Virus record (IMG/VR): IMGVR_UViG_3300020463_000016
Span: 4,038-68,037 of that record
Strand: one strand, 5' to 3'
DNA length: 64,000 nucleotides
Origin: a virus
The position numbers and the translations under genes were made by a program. The notes beneath the pieces were generated by a model, which did not search any database, was not told the origin of the DNA, and saw only the letters and a program-made list of their open reading frames with translations. This document shows positions 1 to 9,862 of the stretch, in pieces (within the stretch, counting starts at the first letter, position 1; each line of letters opens with the position of its first letter).

Positions 1-772
1 AGCCTTTACCGGCAACTTTATCTTCTTTAGTAGCCATAGTAGTGTTCAGACTAGCTATAGAAGCATTGTTAGCTTTTATATAATCTACAACTTCTTGCAG
101 TGTATCTAAAGACGGATCATTACTTGCAATTGCAGCGTTTATTAGATCTACTAAATCTTTTAATACTTTACCTTGAGCTGCAGATAATACTTTTGTGTTG
201 TCTGTTGATATTAAGTTGTTTACAATATCATCAGGTGTTAAAGCGTTTAAATCAGCTGCTGAAGCAAACCCAAATGGTGCTAAAACAATATTTGGGGCTG
301 TAGGGTTGCCGCTGCTAGCCTTCATTGTAATACTTAGTAGTTTGCCACCTTGTATATCTGTAATATTAGTTACATTAAAAACAGCAAAATTATCTACAGT
401 ATCATTTAATATATCAGTAACTTTAATGTTTTGATTTACCATAAAAGGTAAAACGTTTGATATATCTGCTGAGTTAGCACTTTCTGTTGAAACTGCTATT
501 TTATCAATATTCGCCCAACTAAATTGCGAAGGTGCCGTAGGATTTACATCATATTCAATATTACCAGGGTCAATTGCGCCATTAGCATATTTTCCTCCGT
601 AGTTAAATTGATAGCCTATCTTAGCCCCGTCTGCAATACCTTCTTTAGCAAAAAATGCAGCAATATCACTTATTTGAAATAACTTAGTAGAATTATCCGC
701 TACATCGTTCCCTACTAGTTTATCGCCACCAGTGATAGTGGTATCTGTTTTATATTGTTGTATTCTTGCCAT
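1..772 (-). CDS. Tail fibre/structural protein, partial (runs off window); absent from the ORF track
   Basis: ATG at 772 gives MARIQQYKTDTTITGGDKLVGND..., N-terminus paralogous to 3586..5709; contains the tail-fibre-like motif VNNLISTDNTKVLSAAQGKVLKDLVD. Confidence 0.7.
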   Translation of the reverse strand, partial: MARIQQYKTDTTITGGDKLVGNDVADNSTKLFQISDIAAFFAKEGIADGAKIGYQFNYGGKYANGAIDPGNIEYDVNPTAPSQFSWANIDKIAVSTESANSADISNVLPFMVNQNIKVTDILNDTVDNFAVFNVTNITDIQGGKLLSITMKASSGNPTAPNIVLAPFGFASAADLNALTPDDIVNNLISTDNTKVLSAAQGKVLKDLVDLINAAIASNDPSLDTLQEVVDYIKANNASIASLNTTMATKEDKVAGKG

Positions 773-775
773 TTA

Positions 776-1681
776 CTATGGGTAACGAGTTATGGTAGGA
801 AAGTAAGCGCTATAAGGGTATGCTTCATAGGCGCCAGTACTTGGATTATAATGTCTTTGACAGGGGTTTCCGCCCTCAAACTGTGTGCCAGCTGAGCGTG
901 CTTGGGGTCTAAAAGTGAAATTTGCCATAGACCCTGTAACGAGCGTTACTGTTTGAGTCCACGTGCCAGAACCCGTAAAGTATGGGTAATTTGCCCAAGA
1001 ATTAGGTGCCCCTACTATATAAAGACCACCGGTGGTTGAAAAACTTTGAGCTCCGTTTCCATCTTGAAAAACTCTACTTACGTTCCCATTAGAGCTCCCA
1101 TAAGCTCCATTAGCATATCCGTAAAATGATGTTTTATAACCAGCCCCATTGCATGTTCCTGTCAAAGTCCAAATAGTACCAACCGCAAAATGTAAAACGC
1201 CATTTACCGTTGTGGTAGGGTAATTTGCATTTTCGGAAATTACTACTGTATGAGTAGGGGTATAATTAATTAATGAAGGTCCGGCACTTTGTGTAAAAGA
1301 AGAGGTATTTGAAACACCACTTGCTAATACTGTAGAACCTTGGGTTGCAATAGTTATAGTTGGCGTTCTAGAAGAAGCCCCACAACCAGTATTACCAGCT
1401 ATGGTTACAGAATAATCGGTTGGAGAAGTGGATAGAGTTTGAGTCCCCGGAGAAGATGCTCCGTTACTGCCAGCTAATGTATATTGCGATCCTATATCTC
1501 CTGTTACTCTATAAGTTCTAGTGCCCCCTGAATTAGCTAAAGTAGAAGTATCAGTAAAAACCGCACCTGTTATTTCCTTAGTATTAGGATATACTTCTTC
1601 GTGCCCTATATAACCTTTTGTAACAGTGGCAGTACCTAGCTTTATAGCTGCTATGTTTGCGTGTTCAATATTAGAGGGCAT
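776..1681 (-). CDS. Putative receptor-binding/tail fibre protein
   Basis: Thr/Ser/Gly-rich beta-type sequence; N-terminal IKLG...KGYIGHEEVYP motif typical of fibre-tip proteins. Confidence 0.6.
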   Translation of the reverse strand: MPSNIEHANIAAIKLGTATVTKGYIGHEEVYPNTKEITGAVFTDTSTLANSGGTRTYRVTGDIGSQYTLAGSNGASSPGTQTLSTSPTDYSVTIAGNTGCGASSRTPTITIATQGSTVLASGVSNTSSFTQSAGPSLINYTPTHTVVISENANYPTTTVNGVLHFAVGTIWTLTGTCNGAGYKTSFYGYANGAYGSSNGNVSRVFQDGNGAQSFSTTGGLYIVGAPNSWANYPYFTGSGTWTQTVTLVTGSMANFTFRPQARSAGTQFEGGNPCQRHYNPSTGAYEAYPYSAYFPTITRYP

Positions 1682-1682
1682 A

Positions 1683-2066
1683 TTAAGCTGTTATAATATA
1701 AAATGTGTTTGGGTCATAAATATCTACTTGATACCCGGAGGCTGCCGCAGATGTGTATGCAGGTGTAAAAGCTACAGTTACAGATGTAGCGTTTGGTACG
1801 GCTGAAACAGTACCTTCTGTTCTTGTAGTATTACCACTAGTCCCAGTTACAAATACAGTTGCATTTACCGAAAATATACTTGATGATGTTACAGTAAAAG
1901 TAACTGATGATGCTCCTGATGGATTACCACTTGTTGTAGCGCCGGTTTGTTTTTCAGCATCATACTGCGCTTGAGTACCTTTCCAAAAGTTGAGTAGGCT
2001 TTCATTGTTTCCAGTGGCAGCTTTATAATAATGCTGACCACCTATTTTTGTTGTTAAATTTGCCAT
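1683..2066 (-). CDS. Tail fibre adaptor-like protein
   Basis: WKGTQAQYDA ... DPNTFYIIT motif split by an insertion; paralogue of 3113..3271. Confidence 0.55.
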   Translation of the reverse strand: MANLTTKIGGQHYYKAATGNNESLLNFWKGTQAQYDAEKQTGATTSGNPSGASSVTFTVTSSSIFSVNATVFVTGTSGNTTRTEGTVSAVPNATSVTVAFTPAYTSAAASGYQVDIYDPNTFYIITA

Positions 2067-2076
2067 TTTTTATTTT

Positions 2077-3111
2077 TTATGTAAACGTTATTGTGTACGT
2101 TCCGGCTGTTGTCCATTGTAGTATTTTGTCTGACCCGTCTGTTGTTAATGTTGGGCTTCCTGTAGCTGTATAGCTTCTAGCATTTGGAAATCTTAATATA
2201 ACGCAACCATCAGTACCAGCTGTATTACTTCTAGAAAATCCATAACTCGATTGGTTTTTATATGCATTTTCTGTACCTCCTCCGTGACCCCCACTTCCTG
2301 AAGTTGTAACAGCAGGTCGGGCTAAATATAAATTAGCGTAAACTCCATTACCGCCTACACCATACGCGACTGAAGAACCAGTTATTGAAGATGTTATACC
2401 AGAGCCTCCCGCAGTCATTGCTTGAGAACCCCCAATGCTTAGAATGGTATTTGTTGCTGCGCTTCCAGCTCCGCCGCCACCGCCAGATCTTTTGTAGTAT
2501 GAATTTTGAACGTTACCGTTAAAGCCATAAGTGCCTGAAACAAAAGCTGGGGCTATATAACCTTGGTAATTCCCCGGGTAATACGGTTGATTAACATTGC
2601 CTGCGTTCCCAGTATGACCTATTGAATATCCACCACCGCCGCCGCCGTTAGATGGAACAGAAGCCATAGTTTGCGATCCGTAATATGCAGTAGAATTACC
2701 GCCACCGCCTACAGCTACTAGACTGCCAACACTACTTTCGCCGCCTACACTAGTTCCATTATCACCAACAACTATAGCATAAGCTGTATTGGTTAGCATG
2801 GCAAGCTGAGTATCTAAAGATTGGCCTCCCCCATTAGCAACAGGAGATCCACCGGCAAATGAAGTTCTTACACCTCCGGCACCGCCGCCTGCCCAATTCC
2901 AGCTCTCATCGTATTGCTCACTAGTGTTATTATAATAATTGTAAGTGTTAGGGCTACCATCAGCACCACCTCCAGCTATAAGAAAATGTGAGTTAAAAGA
3001 TATATTATTTTGATATACCATTGAACTTCCTTTATAAACATTTTCAATCTCAGTTGTACCTTTGTAAAGTTTACTTCCGGCTATTTCCGTTGTTCCTTTG
3101 TATAATGGCAT
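2077..3111 (-). CDS. Glycine-rich tail fibre/spike protein
   Basis: LYKGTTEI x2 at N-terminus, GGGAGG tracts, C-terminal G.VILRF...T...F; resembles 62591..63430. Confidence 0.65.
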   Translation of the reverse strand: MPLYKGTTEIAGSKLYKGTTEIENVYKGSSMVYQNNISFNSHFLIAGGGADGSPNTYNYYNNTSEQYDESWNWAGGGAGGVRTSFAGGSPVANGGGQSLDTQLAMLTNTAYAIVVGDNGTSVGGESSVGSLVAVGGGGNSTAYYGSQTMASVPSNGGGGGGYSIGHTGNAGNVNQPYYPGNYQGYIAPAFVSGTYGFNGNVQNSYYKRSGGGGGAGSAATNTILSIGGSQAMTAGGSGITSSITGSSVAYGVGGNGVYANLYLARPAVTTSGSGGHGGGTENAYKNQSSYGFSRSNTAGTDGCVILRFPNARSYTATGSPTLTTDGSDKILQWTTAGTYTITFT

Positions 3112-3112
3112 C

Positions 3113-3271
3113 TTAAGCTGTTACAAAATAAAGTGTGTTAGCATCTTTAGAACCTATTGCTGCATATTGTGCTGCAGTACCGGTCCATATCAAAGAATCA
3201 CTAGTAGAGTTTTGATCGTCTACAGCATTAGCTAATCTAGCTGGTGCATAAAAAGTATTTATATCTGCCAT
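3113..3271 (-). CDS. Small tail fibre adaptor-like protein (52 aa); absent from the ORF track
   Basis: MADINTFYAPARLANAVDDQNSTSDSLIWTGTAAQYAAIGSKDANTLYFVTA; fills the gap between flanking genes. Confidence 0.65.
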   Translation of the reverse strand: MADINTFYAPARLANAVDDQNSTSDSLIWTGTAAQYAAIGSKDANTLYFVTA

Positions 3272-3274
3272 AGC

Positions 3275-3586
3275 TTATGTTATTAAATAACCAATAGTAC
3301 TGTTTAAATATACTAAACGTACTGCTTGGTTGTTGTTTACTGTTATTGATTGATTTGATGCTTCAATTAAAGCTGAAGCAATTGTTACTGTTCCTGTACC
3401 TAAATTTTTAAGTAGTACAGTACCACCTTGTTCCATAGTAGCTGGAAGCGTTAGTGTTAAACTATTAGAGCCTTGAACTACATATATACCATTTTGTACT
3501 GCAGTTGTATTGCTTGTTATAACACCGCCCGATGCACTGGATATTCCTAGAAGACCAGCGCTTGGTAAATCTATTTGTAGTCCCAT
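3275..3586 (-). CDS. Small tail-associated protein
   Basis: LTLTLPA...G..V...N domain similar to the C-terminus of 3586..5709. Confidence 0.55.
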   Translation of the reverse strand: MGLQIDLPSAGLLGISSASGGVITSNTTAVQNGIYVVQGSNSLTLTLPATMEQGGTVLLKNLGTGTVTIASALIEASNQSITVNNNQAVRLVYLNSTIGYLIT

Positions 3587-5709
3587 TAGCTAATTCCGTT
3601 TATTACCCAACCATTGGTAGCGTCTGTATAAAACAGTTCAAAAGATGAAGTTTGTTCATCTAATACCAAAGAGGTAGTTCTCATTATTTTTTCTGACCCA
3701 TTAGGGTTTATTGTCCATACAAATGCCGATTGGCTATATAAACCATTGGCATCAAAAGCTGATAAGTTAGTAAACTTAATACTATCGCCTGCAACACCGG
3801 CTGGTAAAGTTAAAGTTCTATCCGCAGCTATATTACTTAATATATAATACTTCCACGCTACCGCTGTTGCGTTGGCTGTTAAAGCACCTCCATATTCATA
3901 TCCTTGTTTTAATACAACCGCACCGTTTAAACCAGCGGCTGATACTATAAGATTATTAAAATCTATAGAAGTTGCAGGTACATTGTTATTACCCCCAAAA
4001 TCATAGTTTGCTCCATTTGCAGAAGCAAGTACATTTAAAGGGTTATGAGATACTGCTTTACTTGATGGATCATAATATAAAAAATTTGCTTTTGGAGCTG
4101 TTGGTATATCATTTAGTTTAACAACCTCAGAATTAACATTAAATTCGCTAGTGTTAATAGTTAGCGCTCCACTCCCCTGCTTACCAAAGGTAAAACTATC
4201 GTTAACGTCGTTTGTAGTGACTACTTGATATATATTTACTGAAGTGTCATTTATTAACTGCCCTTGAGCTGGAAATGCTGTAGTGTAAGTTGATTCTACA
4301 AAATATAAAGATTGATTTGTAGGTATTACCCCAAACACCGTATTTATTGAAGCGAAGTTAGAAGTGCTTGTTACTACACTTGTAGCGCCGCTTGTTATTG
4401 AAACACCTGAAACAGACGCAGGAGAAGTTACTGCTTGAAATAAAGCGCCGTTGCTTTGTCTTACTCCATAAAACATTCTACCCATTGTTATATTTCCTGA
4501 AGGGCCTGCTAAAGCCTCTGAAAGTCCCGGAAGTATGGCTGCTACACCAGAGTTTAATTCTGGAAGTGTAAAGTAATTAGATGCAACCTGCAGTTTGGTG
4601 AGTGTGCCTTGATTGGTTAACCCTGATAAATCTGATGGGTTTCCTGCTACTGCAGCAATTTGTGCACCTGTTGGTACACCACTTGAGTTTTGCAAAGATA
4701 TACCAGAAGCAGATAATACAGCTCTTGTACCATCTGTTGCAATTGCTGTAACAGTATTTTGGCCCATAATTGTACGACCATCATTTGTTGTGGTATTAGA
4801 ATCTACCACTAAATCTTGAGTGAACCTAGTAGAGTTAGATATTATAGTAGAGCCGTTACCCGATATTAATAAGTCAGATCCGTCTGTTCCTAAAGCAACA
4901 TTAGGTGCAGTATCACCAAAAACAATACTAGACTCCGAATCTTTCATGTTTATGGCACCATGCACATTTAAATTCCTAGGATCATTATTAGGATTGTCTG
5001 TCCCAATTGTAACGTCTCCAGAATCAATTAATAAATCTCTTGTAATTTTTAAATCTCCAATTACTTGAGTTTCAATTTGTTGTGCCCCTGTTAAAAATGT
5101 AAAAGATGTAAAAGCAACTTGACCACCTGTATATGCTTCATTTAATGTTACATTAAAACAAAATTCTGTGTATTTATTGCTACCATTTGTAACGTATTTA
5201 CTATCGTTGGCTGCAGGTGATGTAGCAGTAAATGTAGGTGCATTAAAAGAAGTTACGGTGCCCGTGTAGGTAGCCCCACCCAGAACACCGGTAAAAGTTG
5301 CTGAATTTGTTGCAAAGTCAGCAAGATCATAATCAAGGGCGAACTGCCCGTCATTATAATCTCTTATGATTAAAAACACTTGACCTGTACCAAGTGTATT
5401 TAAATATATATCAGCTCCGGTATTTACCGTAGAGCTTTTTAGCACTACATTTGAAAGCGTTGACCCTGCAAGAGTTCTTACAAGTGATTTTTCAAATGCT
5501 GTACCTTCTCTGTTTACTGAAAGAAAGAAGCCTAAAGGTACTACATCAGGTATAGCGGCCGTTGTTTGGTCGCCCGTTATGTAGGCTTTTAGACTGTCTA
5601 TAGTATAATTTTTAGTTGCTAATGCGGAACTTGAGTTTGCATCAGTACCCAAAAGCTTATCACTACCTTCTACAGTAGAGTCTATGGTATATGTACTGAT
5701 CCTAGCCAT
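3586..5709 (-). CDS. Tail fibre protein
   Basis: 707 aa, Thr/Ser-rich; N-terminal MARISTY..D...SDKLLGTD; C-terminal TLTLPAG..GDSIKF...LFYTDATNGW domain. Confidence 0.65.
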   Translation of the reverse strand: MARISTYTIDSTVEGSDKLLGTDANSSSALATKNYTIDSLKAYITGDQTTAAIPDVVPLGFFLSVNREGTAFEKSLVRTLAGSTLSNVVLKSSTVNTGADIYLNTLGTGQVFLIIRDYNDGQFALDYDLADFATNSATFTGVLGGATYTGTVTSFNAPTFTATSPAANDSKYVTNGSNKYTEFCFNVTLNEAYTGGQVAFTSFTFLTGAQQIETQVIGDLKITRDLLIDSGDVTIGTDNPNNDPRNLNVHGAINMKDSESSIVFGDTAPNVALGTDGSDLLISGNGSTIISNSTRFTQDLVVDSNTTTNDGRTIMGQNTVTAIATDGTRAVLSASGISLQNSSGVPTGAQIAAVAGNPSDLSGLTNQGTLTKLQVASNYFTLPELNSGVAAILPGLSEALAGPSGNITMGRMFYGVRQSNGALFQAVTSPASVSGVSITSGATSVVTSTSNFASINTVFGVIPTNQSLYFVESTYTTAFPAQGQLINDTSVNIYQVVTTNDVNDSFTFGKQGSGALTINTSEFNVNSEVVKLNDIPTAPKANFLYYDPSSKAVSHNPLNVLASANGANYDFGGNNNVPATSIDFNNLIVSAAGLNGAVVLKQGYEYGGALTANATAVAWKYYILSNIAADRTLTLPAGVAGDSIKFTNLSAFDANGLYSQSAFVWTINPNGSEKIMRTTSLVLDEQTSSFELFYTDATNGWVINGIS

Positions 5710-5846
5710 TATTTATTCTTTAGTTGTGTTCCGTTAGCACTATCTTTTATTCTTTTAGTTACCGGCTTCATGCAGTTATAGTCTGACGCTTTATCAGACT
5801 TAATCTTAATTCCAGGTAATCCGTTGTATAAGTTTAATCCTTCCAT
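5709..5846 (-). CDS. Hypothetical protein (45 aa); absent from the ORF track
   Basis: MEGLNLYNGLPGIKIK...; stop overlaps next start (TAATG). Confidence 0.45.
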   Translation of the reverse strand: MEGLNLYNGLPGIKIKSDKASDYNCMKPVTKRIKDSANGTQLKNK

Positions 5847-5857
5847 CTTGTTTCTTT

Positions 5858-6214
5858 TTATGCGTCAGTTATTAATGCAGCCACTACAGCGTTAACTTTT
5901 ATAGTATCACCGGTTGCAAATTTATATGATTGTTGTATGCCTTCTGGCGTTTTGAGCATTATTATTTGATACTCAACGCCTCCACTTGTTACAGTTATAG
6001 TTGCTGTAACACTGTTTGGTCTAACCTTAACATCAAAAACTAAATCGGCAAGAGTTGTATTGTAAGTACCGTTAGCATTTTTGTTAGGGCCATTTGTCAT
6101 AAATTCTCTTAATACCACACCTGTTATGCTTACACCATTTGCAGGTACTGCAGACGAGTAAGTTACTTCACCAGTTGTACTATTAATAGAAGGAGTTATA
6201 GCTAAAAATCCCAT
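5858..6214 (-). CDS. Hypothetical structural protein
   Basis: 118 aa ORF, tight operon spacing. Confidence 0.55.
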   Translation of the reverse strand: MGFLAITPSINSTTGEVTYSSAVPANGVSITGVVLREFMTNGPNKNANGTYNTTLADLVFDVKVRPNSVTATITVTSGGVEYQIIMLKTPEGIQQSYKFATGDTIKVNAVVAALITDA

Positions 6215-6217
6215 TTT

Positions 6218-6667
6218 TTATTTTTTTTGTTTGTTAAATTTTTTAATTGCTTGGCTATATACTTTGTCTATGTAACGTTCACGTTTCATTATTTTATTAC
6301 GTTTAGTAGACTCAGGTAAGCTTTCTTCACCTATAAGTATCTTATATACTCTTGTTATAAGATGCTTTCCTTTGTAGCTTATTTTATATTTATTATGATC
6401 TCCTATTCTGCCTTTGCCCATATGTACTTTTTCAATCCAGCCTTCTTTCTGCAATCTGTAAAATCTTGTTTTATCCCAAGAATAATACAAAGTACCATCT
6501 TTAAAGTCTTGAATTGTAAAATACACTATTGGATCTAAGTAAAATAAAAGTTCTAAATCTGCTACACCTAAATTATTATTTACACAAGCCCATCTAGAAA
6601 CTAACCTATAATTTTTTAAAAAATCTACTTTTAACTCACCTCTTTCAATAAAATCGGATCTGTCCAT
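6218..6667 (-). CDS. Putative winged-helix DNA-binding protein
   Basis: DLELLFYL...FYRLQKEGWIEK...YKISYKGK pattern resembles MarR-like wHTH. Confidence 0.5.
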   Translation of the reverse strand: MDRSDFIERGELKVDFLKNYRLVSRWACVNNNLGVADLELLFYLDPIVYFTIQDFKDGTLYYSWDKTRFYRLQKEGWIEKVHMGKGRIGDHNKYKISYKGKHLITRVYKILIGEESLPESTKRNKIMKRERYIDKVYSQAIKKFNKQKK

Positions 6668-6918
6668 TATAGGATGGCAACTATGTCTCGTAGAGATATA
6701 ACTTTATGTATTTCATTATTATACTCTACCTCATGACCTGCTACTTTGTCATATAATATTTTTTGCTCTGTTTGTATAGAATCAGGGCCAGAAGATATAA
6801 TAATACCTTTTTTGTATCTTATTTCTTCATGCTTATCTGCTAACTCTAAACCACCTGCTGTTTTTTTATTTTTTTCAGCAATGTCTTTAATAATCAAATA
6901 ATTACCTATTGCTTTCAT
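6667..6918 (-). CDS. groES: Co-chaperonin GroES-like; start moved to MKAIGNY
   Basis: KAIGNYLII...KKTAGGL mobile loop...G.IIS.G...ILYDK..G...DIVAIL; ATGA overlap with groEL stop. Confidence 0.85.
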   Translation of the reverse strand: MKAIGNYLIIKDIAEKNKKTAGGLELADKHEEIRYKKGIIISSGPDSIQTEQKILYDKVAGHEVEYNNEIHKVISLRDIVAIL

Positions 6919-8498
6919 TCTTCTCTGACATTTGAAATTACACAATCAGTTGAAAGAATAGTTGCAGCAACAGACACGGCATTATTCAATGCTGTTTTTG
7001 TAACAAGTAAAGGATCGACAATTCCAACATCAGTCATTCTTTTTACACAGCCACAGGTAACATCAACGCCTTCTCCCCACTTAGTTAAAGTATAGGAAGC
7101 AGGTTGTAAACCAGCATTAGTAAGTATTTTGGTAAATGGTGCTGCAAGTGCAGACTGCAATATCTGTAAACCTGTTAGCATGGCTCCGTTTAATTTCATA
7201 ACTCCGGTATCCATCACTGCAGCATACGCAAGGGCAGAACCACCACCTGGTAGTATACCTTCTTTCTTAGCTGCACGAACTGCGTGTATAGCATCATCTA
7301 CTCTGTCTTGTTTTTCTTTTAACTCAACTTCTGTATCAGCGCCTACATATATAACAGACACTCCACCTGAAAGTAAAGCTAATCGATCATTTAGATGTTT
7401 AGTCATTGCATAATGATCTTCTTTGTCAAGAACAGTTTTTAAATACTCAACTCTCTCTTGCACTTCTTTTGGTTTGTCTTCAACCATAAGTACAGTACCG
7501 TCTTTATCTGAAATGGCTTTATCAGCCGACCCTAGCATGTCAGGGGTGATCGAATCAATAGAATCACCCAGTGTTTCATCAAACACCTTAGCACCGACAA
7601 GCAACGCTAAATCTTCTAGTATATCTTTTCTCTTAAGTCCAAAACTAGGAGGATCTATTACGTTGACCTTAATGTTGCCTTTAACCTTATTCATTGATAG
7701 CGCCGCTAGCGGTTGCGACTCTAAAGGGGCAACAAGGAGTATTGAGCGATTGGACTTAATCGCGTACTCCAAGATTTCTTGTATTTTCCGCATATTAACA
7801 ATATCTGATACGCTAAGGAAAATAAGAGGATTGTCAAGTTCTGTTATTTCTTTTTCATTATTTGTATAAAAATGAGGGGTTTTACTTACAGAACCAATTT
7901 TAGTACCCTGAACCGCTTTTATGAAAGTATCGCTAGTAGGAGAGCTCTCCATTGTAACTACACCATTATCTCCAGCTTTTGTAAAAGCTTCAGCTATAGT
8001 TTCACCTAACTCTATATCGTTATTAGCAGATATAGTAGACACTTGCATTAGTTTATCTTCTTCAACAGGTATTGCTTTTTTATTTAATATCTTAATGATA
8101 TGTTCTTTGTAAAGCTCCATACCTTTTCTTACATCTCTAAAAGAGTGCTCGAATGCTTTTTCAGAATAGTAGTAATCGATGATAGCTTTTGTAAGCACTA
8201 TAGAAGTTGTTGTGCCGTCCCCTGCTATTGCAGCAGTTTTCTGTGCGGCTTGCTTCATCATAGATACTGCAAGATTTTCTATTGGGTTCTGTAGTAAAAT
8301 ACTATTTGCTACAGTAACGCCGTCTTTTGTTACCTGCGGACCTCCGAAGTCGTCTTCTATAATAACAGTTTTACCGCTGGCTCCTAAAGTTGAACCAACG
8401 GCATTTGCTATCTTGTTTATTCCTTTAATTAGTTTTTCTTTGGCTTCACCGTCAAAATACATTTTTTTGACAAGCTTAGGCCCACCGAATTGTGCCAT
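6915..8498 (-). CDS. groEL: Chaperonin GroEL
   Basis: VTKDGVTVA, AGDGTTTS, DRVDDAIHAVRAA, EGILPGGG, GIVDP motifs; no GGM tail. Confidence 0.95.
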   Translation of the reverse strand: MAQFGGPKLVKKMYFDGEAKEKLIKGINKIANAVGSTLGASGKTVIIEDDFGGPQVTKDGVTVANSILLQNPIENLAVSMMKQAAQKTAAIAGDGTTTSIVLTKAIIDYYYSEKAFEHSFRDVRKGMELYKEHIIKILNKKAIPVEEDKLMQVSTISANNDIELGETIAEAFTKAGDNGVVTMESSPTSDTFIKAVQGTKIGSVSKTPHFYTNNEKEITELDNPLIFLSVSDIVNMRKIQEILEYAIKSNRSILLVAPLESQPLAALSMNKVKGNIKVNVIDPPSFGLKRKDILEDLALLVGAKVFDETLGDSIDSITPDMLGSADKAISDKDGTVLMVEDKPKEVQERVEYLKTVLDKEDHYAMTKHLNDRLALLSGGVSVIYVGADTEVELKEKQDRVDDAIHAVRAAKKEGILPGGGSALAYAAVMDTGVMKLNGAMLTGLQILQSALAAPFTKILTNAGLQPASYTLTKWGEGVDVTCGCVKRMTDVGIVDPLLVTKTALNNAVSVAATILSTDCVISNVREE

Positions 8499-8526
8499 TT
8501 GATTTGATTTAATTTATATAATTATA

Positions 8527-8829
8527 TTAACAATTCCACTTACGTCTTGCAGCTCTACCTCTTTCTGAGGTCCAGCTTTTAGACCTAGCGCAGAATGACT
8601 TTCTACGTTTTGCAGCCTTGCTTCCTCTTTTTAGTTTAGAAGGAGGAGTTGTAACCGCTGTCTTAAGTTTGCTACCAGGATTATCTCTACGATACTTAGC
8701 AACACCCTTACTAGTCATTCCGCCGCCGGCTTTCTTGCCTTTACCACCCTTTTTGTTTACTTTAGCGTAATATCCAAGCGACTTTTTTTTAGAAGGTGCA
8801 GGTGGCTTACGTCTTTTTTTAGGAGGCAT
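8527..8829 (-). CDS. Small highly basic phage protein
   Basis: K/R-rich; GG.T.KG...YRR.NPGSKLK...RRKSFCARS...RKWNC pattern recalled from aquatic phages. Confidence 0.7.
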   Translation of the reverse strand: MPPKKRRKPPAPSKKKSLGYYAKVNKKGGKGKKAGGGMTSKGVAKYRRDNPGSKLKTAVTTPPSKLKRGSKAAKRRKSFCARSKSWTSERGRAARRKWNC

Positions 8830-8834
8830 TAATT

Positions 8835-9161
8835 TTAACCTAGTATATTTTTACCACTAGAACGATTTGAACCAAGACCCATTTTTATACTTGAAGTCTT
8901 TTTACCTTTTGATTTTTCTTTTTGTTTTCTGTAGTATTCTAGTTTTTCTTCTGTAGTCATACCTTCAGTACCTAACTTTCTTTTTTTTCCTTCTTTTCCC
9001 TCGTGTCCCATATTTGCAGGAGAATGGCCCATATTAGTTGGAGCCGGTTTACCGTAGTTAGTAGGATGACCCATATTTAGCACTGCATCATCGTTTTTGA
9101 AGGTTCCTTCGGTGTCTACTTCTTTAGAACCGGGGTTCATTTTAAAAATTGGTGTGTTCAT
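8835..9161 (-). CDS. Hypothetical protein with NMGH repeats
   Basis: LNMGH, TNMGH, ANMGH. Confidence 0.6.
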   Translation of the reverse strand: MNTPIFKMNPGSKEVDTEGTFKNDDAVLNMGHPTNYGKPAPTNMGHSPANMGHEGKEGKKRKLGTEGMTTEEKLEYYRKQKEKSKGKKTSSIKMGLGSNRSSGKNILG

Positions 9162-9164
9162 AAT

Positions 9165-9416
9165 TTAATATTTACGTTTTGTTTTAGTTTCTTTTTTTGT
9201 TCCTAAACCGTCGTTTCCGCGATTCTTTTTTATTGTTTTAAATTTACTATCTTTGTGATCGTAATCTTTACCGGCCAGAGATCTACCCGCCTTCTTAGCA
9301 GCTCTACGTTTCTTTTGGCTATCTGCTCTTTTTCTTTTACGAGCTGGTGAGTTTGCATAACGCAAATCTCGTTTAGCCTTAGCCGCTCGGGCTTTAAGGG
9401 TTAATTTCTGACTCAT
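9165..9416 (-). CDS. Small basic protein, possible minimal HNH-like
   Basis: K/R-rich with GKDYDH...NRG. Confidence 0.5.
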   Translation of the reverse strand: MSQKLTLKARAAKAKRDLRYANSPARKRKRADSQKKRRAAKKAGRSLAGKDYDHKDSKFKTIKKNRGNDGLGTKKETKTKRKY

Positions 9417-9862
9417 TATTCACAATCACATTTATCTTTACCACAGCTGCATCCCTGCATCATTGTTAAAGCTTTATTTCTGTCATCAAAATCAAGAGCA
9501 GCTTTAAGAACAATTTTGTCCATAATGTCGTCTTGGTTTTCTAACATTTCTTTTTGCAAGTTAATTACCATGTCTTCCAGATCATCTTTACCCTGTGTTA
9601 ACATATCTATCTTAAGTTGCTTCTTTTCTATTTCTGACTTGAGTGAGTTTACATCATCTGGTTTAGATCCAGTGATGGTACTTATTACAAGTCCTATTGA
9701 TGCACTTATTGTGCCGATAAGCATCATTACTACTTCTTTATTTGTGTCTAGTACAGGAAACTGTATCAGTACAACTATAATTCCTATAATAAAAAGGAAT
9801 ATAAACAACGACCCGATGTAATGACGGATTTCTTTGGCTACGCCGTTTCTTGGAAGTTTCAT
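9416..9862 (-). CDS. Two-TM membrane protein with coiled coil
   Basis: Two hydrophobic helices, a heptad region and a Cys-rich tail CSCGKDKCDCE. Confidence 0.6.
   Translation of the reverse strand: MKLPRNGVAKEIRHYIGSLFIFLFIIGIIVVLIQFPVLDTNKEVVMMLIGTISASIGLVISTITGSKPDDVNSLKSEIEKKQLKIDMLTQGKDDLEDMVINLQKEMLENQDDIMDKIVLKAALDFDDRNKALTMMQGCSCGKDKCDCE

Noticed and set aside
7129-8502. + strand ORFs over groEL and similar antisense ORFs over structural genes
   Set aside because: Shadow frames of well-supported - strand genes.
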